From: Phycisphaeraceae bacterium
GTDB lineage: Bacteria > Planctomycetota > Phycisphaerae > Phycisphaerales > Phycisphaeraceae
Direction of reading: 5' to 3'
DNA length: 64,000 nt
Assembly (NCBI GenBank): GCA_963674705.1
Contig: OY771506.1
Location: 4,576,001 to 4,640,000 of the forward strand
The notes beneath the pieces are model-generated. The model made no database searches, had not been told where the DNA came from, and saw nothing but the letters and a program-made list of their open reading frames with translations. The translations under genes and the position numbers were made by a program. Of this stretch, positions 1 through 9,753 are shown one piece after another; within the stretch, counting starts at the first letter, position 1, and each line of letters opens with the position of its first letter.

Positions 1-2
1 CC

Positions 3-1562
3 GACGCCTACCACAAACAGGAAGTACTCGAGAAAATCGTCCGCGGGATCGACTCACGTTACCGCGTATACGCACAGAATCCTGACATCATCAAAAGCGA
101 TCGCGAAACATGGAACCACGACTGGTTCGGCTTCGGCCCGACCGCCGATGCGGTACGTCTGCTCGCTGAAGAACTGCAACCCTATCTCGATCAGAACATC
201 ACCGACACGAATATCCCTCGCCGCAAAGGCTGGGCCGACATGTTCATCGCTTCGCGCGATTGGCACATCACCACCCGCCGGCAATACACCAATCAGTCCA
301 TGATCAAAGACACCTACGGCATCTACTTATGCAATCGTGGTGTAGCGGTGGTCGATCCGGATCGTGCCTGGCCTGAGAAGAAAGCTAAACGCTACCTGTA
401 TGAATCGGTCGGGCTCGAGCCATGGCGCGGTAGTGACGATGAAAACGGCACGCCCACCTTCCCGCTCGGTCGAAACTACATGCAACTGACCGAAGCCGGG
501 CTTACCAAGGAACTGGGTTACGTCGGCAACTACGGCGAGGTGATCGACTGGGTCGTCGCGCTTTACGACGCCACTCGCCCGTCGCACGATGCCGAAGGCG
601 ATCCAAAAATAAAAGAACAACTGATCAAGATCGCCAAAGCCCGCGCCGCGTTCCGCTACCCCCTGCCGGACGTCGATGGCTATCGGTCAATGCAGTTGGA
701 AACCGTGGTCGGCTGGCGCGATCATTACTACCCCGGCGGTGTTGTTTACGATCAACGCGCATCATGGGACGGTCTGCCCCTGGAAGCCGCGGCCGTGACC
801 ATGGACCCGGCGCTAGTCGGCTATGGCAAACACATGCTCGATGACAACCAGTACTTCGCCGTCATCAAGGAACGTATGGAAGATAACGGCTTCCGTGTGA
901 CCGCCAACCTCTTGAAAGCCCCCGACGCCTACGAGGCGATCAAAAACGCTCCGGACACCGGCTCACGCCTGCCCATGGCTGCGGACCAGCCCGACTTTGT
1001 GTTTGCAGATGCGCAGATCGGCGTCGTCGCGATCAAGAATGGCGATGAAGTCTTCTACGCTTCCCTCTACTGGCGCGCCCGCTACGCGATCAACAACCTC
1101 GCACGCATCCATTACCTCACCCCCACCATCGAACGCGACGCCACCGTCCTCCAACACACGCAATTTGAAGATAGCGGCATGGTCTACGTGCTGCCCGACA
1201 TGGCAAACGAAGCACAAAGTAAACGCCACGAAAAGATGCTCAAGCAAGCGGGCGTGCACCGCGCCGAAGCCGGCGAGAAACAACCCATCGCCAAACTGCC
1301 CGTCGATGTCAAAGGCTACAAGCCCGGCAAGGAAAACGTCTACGCCGGCAAGGGCGACTTCTATCAGATGCAGTACGGCCCCTACCTCATCGCCATGAAC
1401 TGCACAAAGTCCCGACGCTACAAACTCGACATACCCAATACGTTCAGAGGCGCCACCGACCTGGTAACCGGCCGCGAGATACTCTCCCGCTCCCTGCTGG
1501 TTCAGCCGTGGCAGACCGTCGTCCTCTATCAACCAGCGAACAAACCGACACAGACACGCTAA
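3..1562 (+). CDS. 5'-truncated conserved hypothetical protein, probably carbohydrate-active
   Basis: The frame is open from base 3 (DAYHKQEVLEK...) into ORF 240..1562. Typical codon usage; heads a CAZyme cluster. No family motif recognised. Confidence 0.7.
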   Translation, partial: DAYHKQEVLEKIVRGIDSRYRVYAQNPDIIKSDRETWNHDWFGFGPTADAVRLLAEELQPYLDQNITDTNIPRRKGWADMFIASRDWHITTRRQYTNQSMIKDTYGIYLCNRGVAVVDPDRAWPEKKAKRYLYESVGLEPWRGSDDENGTPTFPLGRNYMQLTEAGLTKELGYVGNYGEVIDWVVALYDATRPSHDAEGDPKIKEQLIKIAKARAAFRYPLPDVDGYRSMQLETVVGWRDHYYPGGVVYDQRASWDGLPLEAAAVTMDPALVGYGKHMLDDNQYFAVIKERMEDNGFRVTANLLKAPDAYEAIKNAPDTGSRLPMAADQPDFVFADAQIGVVAIKNGDEVFYASLYWRARYAINNLARIHYLTPTIERDATVLQHTQFEDSGMVYVLPDMANEAQSKRHEKMLKQAGVHRAEAGEKQPIAKLPVDVKGYKPGKENVYAGKGDFYQMQYGPYLIAMNCTKSRRYKLDIPNTFRGATDLVTGREILSRSLLVQPWQTVVLYQPANKPTQTR

Positions 1563-1649
1563 CCACACCCGATCAGTATCTGATCGCAAACGGTAATGAC
1601 TCAATGCATATCAACAATTGCACGACAGTCACAATTAAATAGAACACAC

Positions 1650-3908
1650 ATGATGACTCACGCTTCAAAGTCAGCCAACCTCGGCTTGTTAGTGATCGGT
1701 CTTATTACGGCCTTACTGACATCGACACCACAACTCAATGCCGAAGCCGGCGCTGTAGATGTCACAGACAAAATCAGCGCCATGGTGCGCGACGGCGTCC
1801 TGACACTGACGCCGACCAACGACCTGGTCGCTTCAGACCCCGCGCCCGGCAAACCCAAGAAGCTGCGCGTCGACTACACCATCGAATCTCACGCCGCTTC
1901 AATAACGGTCTTTGAGAAAATGCCGATGCGATTGGTTGCTCCACGCAGTTCAGGGCTCATCATCACCAAGGCATACTACGGCGACTTCCCCTCACCCCGG
2001 ATCGATGTCACTCAAACGATCCGTGATGCCATGCGCGACGGGATGATCGAACGCACGATCGATAAACAATTCCTCGGTGGCGATCCTGCTCCGGGAAAAG
2101 CCAAACTGCTGCGCATCAGCTACCGCATCGGCAGCATATTCCATCAAGACGAATTTGCAGATGGCGACACATTGCGCCTGCCCACCGAGGATGATATCAA
2201 CGGCAACCTGGAAGTCATCAATGCTATCTACGGCGACATGACCGCCGCCGAACCTTCGGCCCCCACGCTAATATCTACCGAGCCGAAGCAGCCAGCGATC
2301 ATCCCAAACACGTTCCCCTCGCCCGCTCCGACCGAATACTTCCCCTGGCCTGTCCCCGCGGTCTATCAGTGGTCGGTCCCGGTCGAAGGCGGTAACGACA
2401 TCAAACGCGCATACCTGTGGATACCCGAACGCGCCCAGCATATCCGGGGTCTCGTCGTCGGCCTGCAAAACATGCTGGAAAAACCGATGTTCCAGGACCC
2501 CACGATCCGCCGGGCGTGCGCCGAAGCCGGGCTCGGTATCGTCTGGATTTCTCCCGGCCATAACGGCGGTGATGATGAATCCATCAACCTGCTATTCAAG
2601 AATCCCGACAAGCAGTGGCAAAACCTGGTCGATACGCTTGCAGCGCTTGCTGAAGAATCAGGCTATCAAGAAGTCGCAACCGTCCCCCTACTCACAGTCG
2701 GCCACTCCGCCGCCATGCCGTTCAACTACGGCGCCGCAGAGCGGCATCCCGAACGTGTCTTCGCGCAGCTTGCTTACAAAGGCTGGCACCCCGGCGGCAT
2801 CGCACGGAATATGCCTATCCTCCACGTCTCATCCGAAGTCGGCGAATGGGGGAAGGACTGGGGTAACACCTGGCTGCGCCTGGATCGCCCGGCGTTATTG
2901 AAGTACCGCAGCTACGATCCCGCGCCATTACTTGGTGAGTTTGCCGATATCGGTACGGGCCACTTCAACTACGAACCACAGTCGGGCCACATCCTCGCCA
3001 TGTTCATCAAGAAAGCCGCAGACGCAAGACTTTCTGCTTCGTCTCATACAGATGAAACGGCATCAATCAAACCGATCCGCCCTGAAGACGGCGTCCTTGT
3101 CGAAGCTCAATCGCTTGGCACGCCCGGCTTCAAAGCCATCCCCTACGAACAATACACCGGCGATAAATCCAAAGCCTACTGGTATCTCGATCAGCAACTG
3201 GCAACCGCGATCAACAACACCATGGTTTCACGCCTGGCTAAAAAGCCGCAGATGATCACCTACATGCTCGACGGCAAGCCTGACCTCATGTCGGAACAAG
3301 GTTTTGCCAATCAGGGCGTGACCTATCTCGACGACGGCTTTACTTTCGAGGTTGAAGCAGCTTTCATCGATCGTTCGCCAACATCAAATCTGTATGAAGG
3401 CATTGAACTGGGTCATGCCGATTCGCCAATCCGTTTCCGCGTCGGCAGCGGTGGTATCCGCCAGGTTGGCCCGAACCAGTTTCAACCCTACATCGACCGC
3501 GGCGGTGTCCAACGCCAGGGACCGCCTTGGGAAAACTGGGTGCTTGCGTATCATCCCGGCGACGATACTTTCCGCATGACTGACCGCCCGCGACACGTCT
3601 GGGTGCCCTCGCGTAACACCGCCGGCCAAACACAGACGATCAGCTTCGACACGATCGATGATGTCGCCGTCGGCGCAGACCCGATCCCACTGCATGCCAC
3701 GGCAAGCTCGGGCAAGGCGGTGCAATTCTTCGTCATCAGCGGTCCGGTGCTACTTGAAAATGACATACTTGTATTGCAACCGATCCCGCCCGGCAGCCGC
3801 TTCCCCGTCAAGGTGATGGTCGCGGCGTATCAATGGGGCTCCGCGGTCGATCCCAAGTGGCAATCCGCCGGACCTGTCGTGCAAGCGTTTCTCATCAATA
3901 GGCCGTAA
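1650..3908 (+). CDS. Secreted protein: two DUF3395-like 'DPAPGKxKxLRxxY' domains, alpha/beta-hydrolase-like domain, C-terminal Ig-like domain
   Basis: Signal peptide-like N-terminus; two DPAPGK repeats; nucleophile-elbow-like VGHSAAM; C-terminal QTISF...ATASSG. Start uncertain (ORF opens at 1596). Confidence 0.6.
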   Translation: MMTHASKSANLGLLVIGLITALLTSTPQLNAEAGAVDVTDKISAMVRDGVLTLTPTNDLVASDPAPGKPKKLRVDYTIESHAASITVFEKMPMRLVAPRSSGLIITKAYYGDFPSPRIDVTQTIRDAMRDGMIERTIDKQFLGGDPAPGKAKLLRISYRIGSIFHQDEFADGDTLRLPTEDDINGNLEVINAIYGDMTAAEPSAPTLISTEPKQPAIIPNTFPSPAPTEYFPWPVPAVYQWSVPVEGGNDIKRAYLWIPERAQHIRGLVVGLQNMLEKPMFQDPTIRRACAEAGLGIVWISPGHNGGDDESINLLFKNPDKQWQNLVDTLAALAEESGYQEVATVPLLTVGHSAAMPFNYGAAERHPERVFAQLAYKGWHPGGIARNMPILHVSSEVGEWGKDWGNTWLRLDRPALLKYRSYDPAPLLGEFADIGTGHFNYEPQSGHILAMFIKKAADARLSASSHTDETASIKPIRPEDGVLVEAQSLGTPGFKAIPYEQYTGDKSKAYWYLDQQLATAINNTMVSRLAKKPQMITYMLDGKPDLMSEQGFANQGVTYLDDGFTFEVEAAFIDRSPTSNLYEGIELGHADSPIRFRVGSGGIRQVGPNQFQPYIDRGGVQRQGPPWENWVLAYHPGDDTFRMTDRPRHVWVPSRNTAGQTQTISFDTIDDVAVGADPIPLHATASSGKAVQFFVISGPVLLENDILVLQPIPPGSRFPVKVMVAAYQWGSAVDPKWQSAGPVVQAFLINRP

Positions 3909-3956
3909 GCATTCATGAGGTATACGACGACTCCATGTTGCTCCGAGAAGAACTTG

Positions 3957-5720
3957 ATGCTTAAGGCGTTCGACCTGTCACATGTCAGGCTATTGCCCGG
4001 CCCGATCCGGGATAAGCAAACGCTGAACACGCGCTACCTGCTGTCGCTGGAGCCCGGCCGGTTACTGCATACTTTCAGGCTGCAGGCGGGATTGCCCAGC
4101 AACGCCGAACCCTTAGGCGGCTGGGAAGCGCCCGATTGCGGCTTGCGAGGCCACTTCGTCGGCCATTACCTGTCGGCTTGCGCCCAAGGCTACGCAGCAA
4201 CCGGTGAAGTTGCGTTACGTGATCGAGCGATTCTGATCACAGACGGATTGGTTGAATGCCAGAACGCGATCGGCACCGGTTATCTCAGCGCCTTCCCTGA
4301 ATCAGACCTCGACACGATCGAAACCAAGTACGAAGGACCATGGGCATCCTACTACACGTTACACAAAATCCTCGCCGGCCTGTTGGATGTCCATCACTGG
4401 TGTCGGTATGAACCCTCGCTGGCGGCAGCGTTACAACTTGGCCAATACATCCTCGAACGAATCAACAAGCTATCTCCTGAACAACTGGAAAACATGTGCC
4501 GGACCGATCTGAAACCAAACCCGACCAACGAGTTCGGCGGATTGAGCGAAGCCTTTCAAAACCTGGCGACAGCGAGCGGCCAAGATGCGTTCAACAACCT
4601 GGCCGAACGCTTCGACCGCGACTGGTTCGTGCAGCCTTTGATTGACGGTGAAGACAGACTCACAGCACTACATGCCAATACGCACATCGCCATGGTGCTC
4701 GGTCTGGCTCGACGATATGAACGGACGCAAGATGAACGCTTCATACAAGCGGTCGAATACTTCTGGGATCGTACCGCAATCGCGCGCTCGTATGTCAACG
4801 CGGGCAGTTCGGGGCCCCGGCCGGACGGACTGGAAAAAAGCACTGGCGCGGAACACTGGCCCGAACCCTTCAGGCTCGCCAAAACACTCACGCCGAAGAT
4901 CAACGAAAGCTGCGTCACCTACAACATGATGCGCCTGACCGATGCGCTGTTCCGCTGGACCGCCGATGCGAAGTACGCCGCTTTCTACGAACGCGCCTAC
5001 TTCAACCACGTCCTTGCCATGCAACACCCCGGCTACACCGGCGGCTATCTCTACGACCACCCACTAAGCCCCGGTAGCTGCAAGAAGTTCGGCCACGCCC
5101 ACGACGCCTTCTGGTGCTGTTACGGTAGCTCCGTCGAAGCGTTCGAACGCCTCGCAACCGGGATCTACTATCACGATGATCAATCGCTTTGGATCAACCA
5201 GTTTGTGTCATCACGGGTTGACTGGCACGAGAAAGGTGTCCGCCTCGAGCAGCGATCGGACTTCGGAGATGGCCTTACGATGGCGCTGACGATCAACTGT
5301 GAACAACCGACCAACTGCTCACTGAATATTCGCCTGCCTGATTGGCTGAAAGATATTACTGCCACCTTAAACGGCGAAGTGCTTGGTCCGTACGATCCGC
5401 CTTACCTGTCGATCAACAGAACTTGGCATAATGGAGATAATGTTCATATCGAGGCATTGTTGCATTGCCATACTGAGACAATGCCGGATGACGCGGATAT
5501 GTTCGCTTTCCTGTACGGGCCGTTTCTACTGGCTGCCAGAACAGATGCAGAGCTTCAAGTGCAGGCCGATGATGCAAATAATGCGTTGACCAATCTGGTA
5601 TCCGCAGGTCCATTGACATTCCGGGGGCGGCTTACCGACGAGCGTGATGTTGAACTTATACCGATCAACCAGATTATTGATGAATCGTTCGGTGTGTATT
5701 TTAAGCTTGCTTGGTCATAG
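3957..5720 (+). CDS. Beta-L-arabinofuranosidase-like glycoside hydrolase (GH127/GH146)
   Basis: GWE..LRGHFVGHYLSA, YYTLHKILAGL, NEFGG, HANTHI, ESCVTYNM and FWCCYGS motifs. No signal peptide. Confidence 0.9.
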   Translation: MLKAFDLSHVRLLPGPIRDKQTLNTRYLLSLEPGRLLHTFRLQAGLPSNAEPLGGWEAPDCGLRGHFVGHYLSACAQGYAATGEVALRDRAILITDGLVECQNAIGTGYLSAFPESDLDTIETKYEGPWASYYTLHKILAGLLDVHHWCRYEPSLAAALQLGQYILERINKLSPEQLENMCRTDLKPNPTNEFGGLSEAFQNLATASGQDAFNNLAERFDRDWFVQPLIDGEDRLTALHANTHIAMVLGLARRYERTQDERFIQAVEYFWDRTAIARSYVNAGSSGPRPDGLEKSTGAEHWPEPFRLAKTLTPKINESCVTYNMMRLTDALFRWTADAKYAAFYERAYFNHVLAMQHPGYTGGYLYDHPLSPGSCKKFGHAHDAFWCCYGSSVEAFERLATGIYYHDDQSLWINQFVSSRVDWHEKGVRLEQRSDFGDGLTMALTINCEQPTNCSLNIRLPDWLKDITATLNGEVLGPYDPPYLSINRTWHNGDNVHIEALLHCHTETMPDDADMFAFLYGPFLLAARTDAELQVQADDANNALTNLVSAGPLTFRGRLTDERDVELIPINQIIDESFGVYFKLAWS

Positions 5721-5752
5721 AGATAATCCGCTTCACGGAGATGTAAATCAGC

Positions 5753-7924
5753 ATGCCGATTGAAATACTTGCCGACCACGCGATCGCCGACACCACTGTC
5801 CGCTATGTTATTGACCGGGACAGCGGGCAGGTCGGGTTGCAACTGTTTCCTTCGGTAATGTTGGGTGATTTAACGGCGAATCGCACCGGCCTTCGTGGGC
5901 TGCCTTATATCGATGCGATCCCTGATGCGGGTGATCCGCCTGCCTATGTCGTTGATCCGTTAGTGCATGTAAAGCTCGTAGGTGATGCCTACCCCGGTGG
6001 GTTCAGTCAGGGCCGAACCATGCGGCAGTCTGCCTCAAACAACAGATTCCGCTTCACCTCTCAGTCGGTTGAACATGATGGCGATACGTCCACCATCCTC
6101 ACAACACTCGAATCCGATCACGGCCTGACATTAGCGCACCGATTGATCTGGCACGATGGCGACCACGCACTTCACGTGCAAACATCGATCCACAATCAAT
6201 CGAACCAACCCGTCACGATGGAGATGCTGACCAGCTTCTCGCTCAGCGGGATTACGCCTTTCGATCCGGCCGACGCCCCCGGCAGGTTGCAGGTGCACCG
6301 TTATCGATCGGTATGGAGCGCGGAAGGACGCCTGGAAACAAGCAGCCCGGAGGTGATGCATCTGGAGCGATCCTGGTCGGGCGCGGGTGCGTTTTCCGAA
6401 CGCTTCGGACAAGTCGGCTCGATGCCGGTCAGGGGCTGGTTCCCCTTCGTAGCCGTGACCGACACCAAGGCCGATGTCACCTGGGGCGCTCAACTCGCAT
6501 GGGCCGGCTCATGGCAGATGGAGGTTTACCGCAAGCATGATGATCTTTGCCTGTCCGGCGGCCTGGCCGACAGAGAGTTCGGGCACTGGATGAAAACACT
6601 GGCGCCCGGCGAATCGTTGATAGCACCGCACGCGTTACTTGCCTGCGTGCAGGGCGGTGTGGATGAAGTTTGTGATCGGCTGACCGCACTGCAGCAACGC
6701 GCTGTCGATCAGCAGCCGAAGGTTGAGCACGATCTGCCCGTCGTCTTCAACGAATGGTGCACAACCTGGGGCGATCCGCAGCATGATAAGGTGATTGCCA
6801 TCGCGGACCGGCTTAAAGATTCAGGCGTGCGCTACCTCGTGATCGACGCCGGCTGGTACAAGCCCGATGACGAAGTCAGCGGCAATTGGTTCAACGCGCA
6901 CGGCGACTGGAATCCCAGCACAAGACTATTTCCCGAGGGGCTCAAGGCAACCGCGGATGCGATCCGAAAGCGCGGCCTGATCCCAGGGTTATGGTTCGAG
7001 ATGGAAACCGTCGGCGAAGCTTCAAAAGCCTGGCGCATGACAGACCACCTGCTCAAGCGAGACGGTTTGCCTATCACCTCCTTCCAGCGCCGTTTCTGGG
7101 ATTTGAACGACCCGTTCGTCATCGACTACCTGAGCGATAAAGTCATCCACCAACTGCGCGACGGCGGCTTCGGCTACCTGAAAGTAGACTACAACGAAAC
7201 CATCGGCCTCGGTGCGGATGACTGCGATAGTTTAGGCGAAGGCCTGCGCAAACAGATCGAAGGCGTCCACCGGTTCTTCGAGAAGATACGCACTGAATTA
7301 CCCGACCTGGTAATCGAAAACTGCTCATCCGGCGGGCACCGGCTTGAGCCTTCGATGATCTGCCGAACCGCGATGAGTTCGTTCTCCGATGCTCATGAGC
7401 TTGTCGAAATACCGTTGATCGCTGCGAACCTGCACGCACTAATGTTGCCTAGGCAGAGCCAGATCTGGGCGGTGCTGCATCCGGAGGACCACGACCGAAG
7501 ATTGAATTACCTCTTAACCGGCACCTTCCTCGGCAGGATGTGTTTGTCAGGTGATATCGCGGGCTTGAACGCCGCGCAGTGGTCGCAAGTGCAACACGCG
7601 ATCGACTTGTATCAACAGGTCGCACCAATCATCAAGCACGGCAAGACGCGTCGGTTCGGCAAATGGGGCGCAAGCTGGCGATACCCCACCGGCTACCAAG
7701 CGGTCGTCCGCACTCACGATAACGGTGAAGAAGTCCTTGTCGTATTGCACAGCTTTTCAAACGCGCCTAAGCACGCGGAAGTCCCCCTGCCCGATGGTTC
7801 GTGGCAGCTTTGCCAATATCATCCGCAAACCGCTGACGTAAAACTATCCGCCCGCTCACTCACTTGGATACCCGAAGGCGACTTCGCCGGCGCAGCGATC
7901 CATCTGAAAGGTAAACCCGAATGA
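5753..7924 (+). CDS. Alpha-galactosidase (GH36)
   Basis: FNEW, VIDAGW, PGLWFEME, LKVDYN and IENCSSGGHR motifs. Confidence 0.88.
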   Translation: MPIEILADHAIADTTVRYVIDRDSGQVGLQLFPSVMLGDLTANRTGLRGLPYIDAIPDAGDPPAYVVDPLVHVKLVGDAYPGGFSQGRTMRQSASNNRFRFTSQSVEHDGDTSTILTTLESDHGLTLAHRLIWHDGDHALHVQTSIHNQSNQPVTMEMLTSFSLSGITPFDPADAPGRLQVHRYRSVWSAEGRLETSSPEVMHLERSWSGAGAFSERFGQVGSMPVRGWFPFVAVTDTKADVTWGAQLAWAGSWQMEVYRKHDDLCLSGGLADREFGHWMKTLAPGESLIAPHALLACVQGGVDEVCDRLTALQQRAVDQQPKVEHDLPVVFNEWCTTWGDPQHDKVIAIADRLKDSGVRYLVIDAGWYKPDDEVSGNWFNAHGDWNPSTRLFPEGLKATADAIRKRGLIPGLWFEMETVGEASKAWRMTDHLLKRDGLPITSFQRRFWDLNDPFVIDYLSDKVIHQLRDGGFGYLKVDYNETIGLGADDCDSLGEGLRKQIEGVHRFFEKIRTELPDLVIENCSSGGHRLEPSMICRTAMSSFSDAHELVEIPLIAANLHALMLPRQSQIWAVLHPEDHDRRLNYLLTGTFLGRMCLSGDIAGLNAAQWSQVQHAIDLYQQVAPIIKHGKTRRFGKWGASWRYPTGYQAVVRTHDNGEEVLVVLHSFSNAPKHAEVPLPDGSWQLCQYHPQTADVKLSARSLTWIPEGDFAGAAIHLKGKPE

Positions 7925-7971
7925 ATAACTGCATACAATCAGCCTTGAATCTGAATCCCAGGATTGAACTC

Positions 7972-9411
7972 ATGAAAACCTTCACATATTGCCTCATCAT
8001 CCTCATCGCGCTTAGCTGCTTCGGCACGACCGCCAACGCTGAAGAAAAGACAGTCGACAACCTCGCTGATCTTTATCAGGTAGCACAGCAAAGCGGCAAC
8101 ACGGTACGCATCAAGCCCGGCGTCTACGTGCTCGCCGATTACCTGACCGATGAGCGTATCGAAGAACTCAAACAGCAATTCCCCGATGGCCCGCCACGCC
8201 AACCCCGCTGGCTGCTACGCATCAGCGGCAACGACAACACGTTCGACTTCACCGGTGTTTCCATTGAAATCAACACCGAACTCTACGCCAAACTCCCCTA
8301 CGGCTACACACGCTGCATCTTCATCGACGGTGACAACAACACCATCCAAGGCCTCACCCTCCGCAACACCGGGCCCAGCGATCGCGGCAGCAACGGCAAC
8401 ATCCTCTCCGTCTTCGGCAACGGCAACACGCTCAAAGAAGTGAACCTCCACGTCAGCGGCTCCAAGCCTTACGGCTACGGCGACCTGCTCGGCAAAGGCG
8501 GGCCCAACCTCACCGGCCTGCAAAAACAAAGCGGCATCATGGTCACCGGCCAGGACAACACGCTCAAACGCTGCAAGGTCTTCAGCCGTGCGTTCGGCCA
8601 CTGCTTCTACATCCAGAACCACGGCGGCCACAACGCCAAGAACATCCTCCTCGAAGACTGCTACGCCGAAGGCACCACACGCACGACCAACCAGATGCTC
8701 GCCGAAACGCAAGGCCTCGCGTATGACCTCAGCTTCCGCAGTGTGTATCAGAATCGCGATGGTAGGTTCATGATCACCCCCGGCTACACCAAATCGCTCA
8801 GCGAAGACGGCTTCCGCACCTACGGCGGCGTCGGCAACGTCACCCTGCGCAACTGCATCGCCAACCACACACGCGCCGGCTTCGAGATCGGCGGCACCGA
8901 TGACGCCGACACACGCACCGTACTCGAAGGCTGCCAGGCACTGGGCACGGAACGTGGCTACCTGCTCGGTTCCAACGTACTCGTCCGCGATTGCCGTGGC
9001 GACATCCTGCATGGCCCGCTGCTCTACCTGCGCGGCGGCGTCGATGCCGATGTCGAACTCGAACTTATCGCCGGCCTACCCGAAACCACCGTCCATGCGT
9101 TAGCGACCATCGCCGGCAAGAATCATCGCGTAAAGCTGTTCACCGAAGACCACCACCGCCCCCTGCCCGCCCTGGCCATCATGCTCGGTTTCGGCATGCC
9201 GCAACATGCAGAAATGTCCAGCCCCATCCTGCCCGCCGAAACATCCGACGTCATCTTGATCAACACAATCTCCCGCATGTCCGTCATCGTCAGCGACGAT
9301 GCAGAAAACTGCGACGTCACCAGCCCCGGCCCGGTCGTCAAAGATGCGATCACCCAGAGCATCGACAAAGACGCCCGCGGCAAGTGGCCCACCTCAGGCA
9401 TCGCTCGATAG
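7972..9411 (+). CDS. Secreted right-handed parallel beta-helix (pectin-lyase-like fold) protein
   Basis: Signal peptide; IKPGVY followed by repeated G-x-N-N-T coils (ISGNDNT, IDGDNNT, VFGNGNT, VTGQDNT). Confidence 0.7.
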   Translation: MKTFTYCLIILIALSCFGTTANAEEKTVDNLADLYQVAQQSGNTVRIKPGVYVLADYLTDERIEELKQQFPDGPPRQPRWLLRISGNDNTFDFTGVSIEINTELYAKLPYGYTRCIFIDGDNNTIQGLTLRNTGPSDRGSNGNILSVFGNGNTLKEVNLHVSGSKPYGYGDLLGKGGPNLTGLQKQSGIMVTGQDNTLKRCKVFSRAFGHCFYIQNHGGHNAKNILLEDCYAEGTTRTTNQMLAETQGLAYDLSFRSVYQNRDGRFMITPGYTKSLSEDGFRTYGGVGNVTLRNCIANHTRAGFEIGGTDDADTRTVLEGCQALGTERGYLLGSNVLVRDCRGDILHGPLLYLRGGVDADVELELIAGLPETTVHALATIAGKNHRVKLFTEDHHRPLPALAIMLGFGMPQHAEMSSPILPAETSDVILINTISRMSVIVSDDAENCDVTSPGPVVKDAITQSIDKDARGKWPTSGIAR

Positions 9412-9753
9412 CAGGCCAAATGTTAAGTTGGGTAAATCCGTAGCCATCCTACTACGCCTAATCTATCATTACCACTGAATCTCTTGTGAAAACACGGTTA
9501 AAGTCTTTCACAGCACCGGCACATCCTTTAAACTATAACAGCTGACACATACACCATTTGGGGGTATGTCATTCTAATTCCGACGGGAGAAAGCCTGACG
9601 CGTGGTGCGCGTAGGAAGGGCTGTCAACTGCCGTCGTTCGACTTCATTACTAAAAAAATAGTCGACCGTAGCGTCCTGTGTTACACACACGATGGCTGCG
9701 GCTATCTATTGCCTATTGAATTTTCCGGGGCTTGTGCCCCACAGGAGTGAGAA

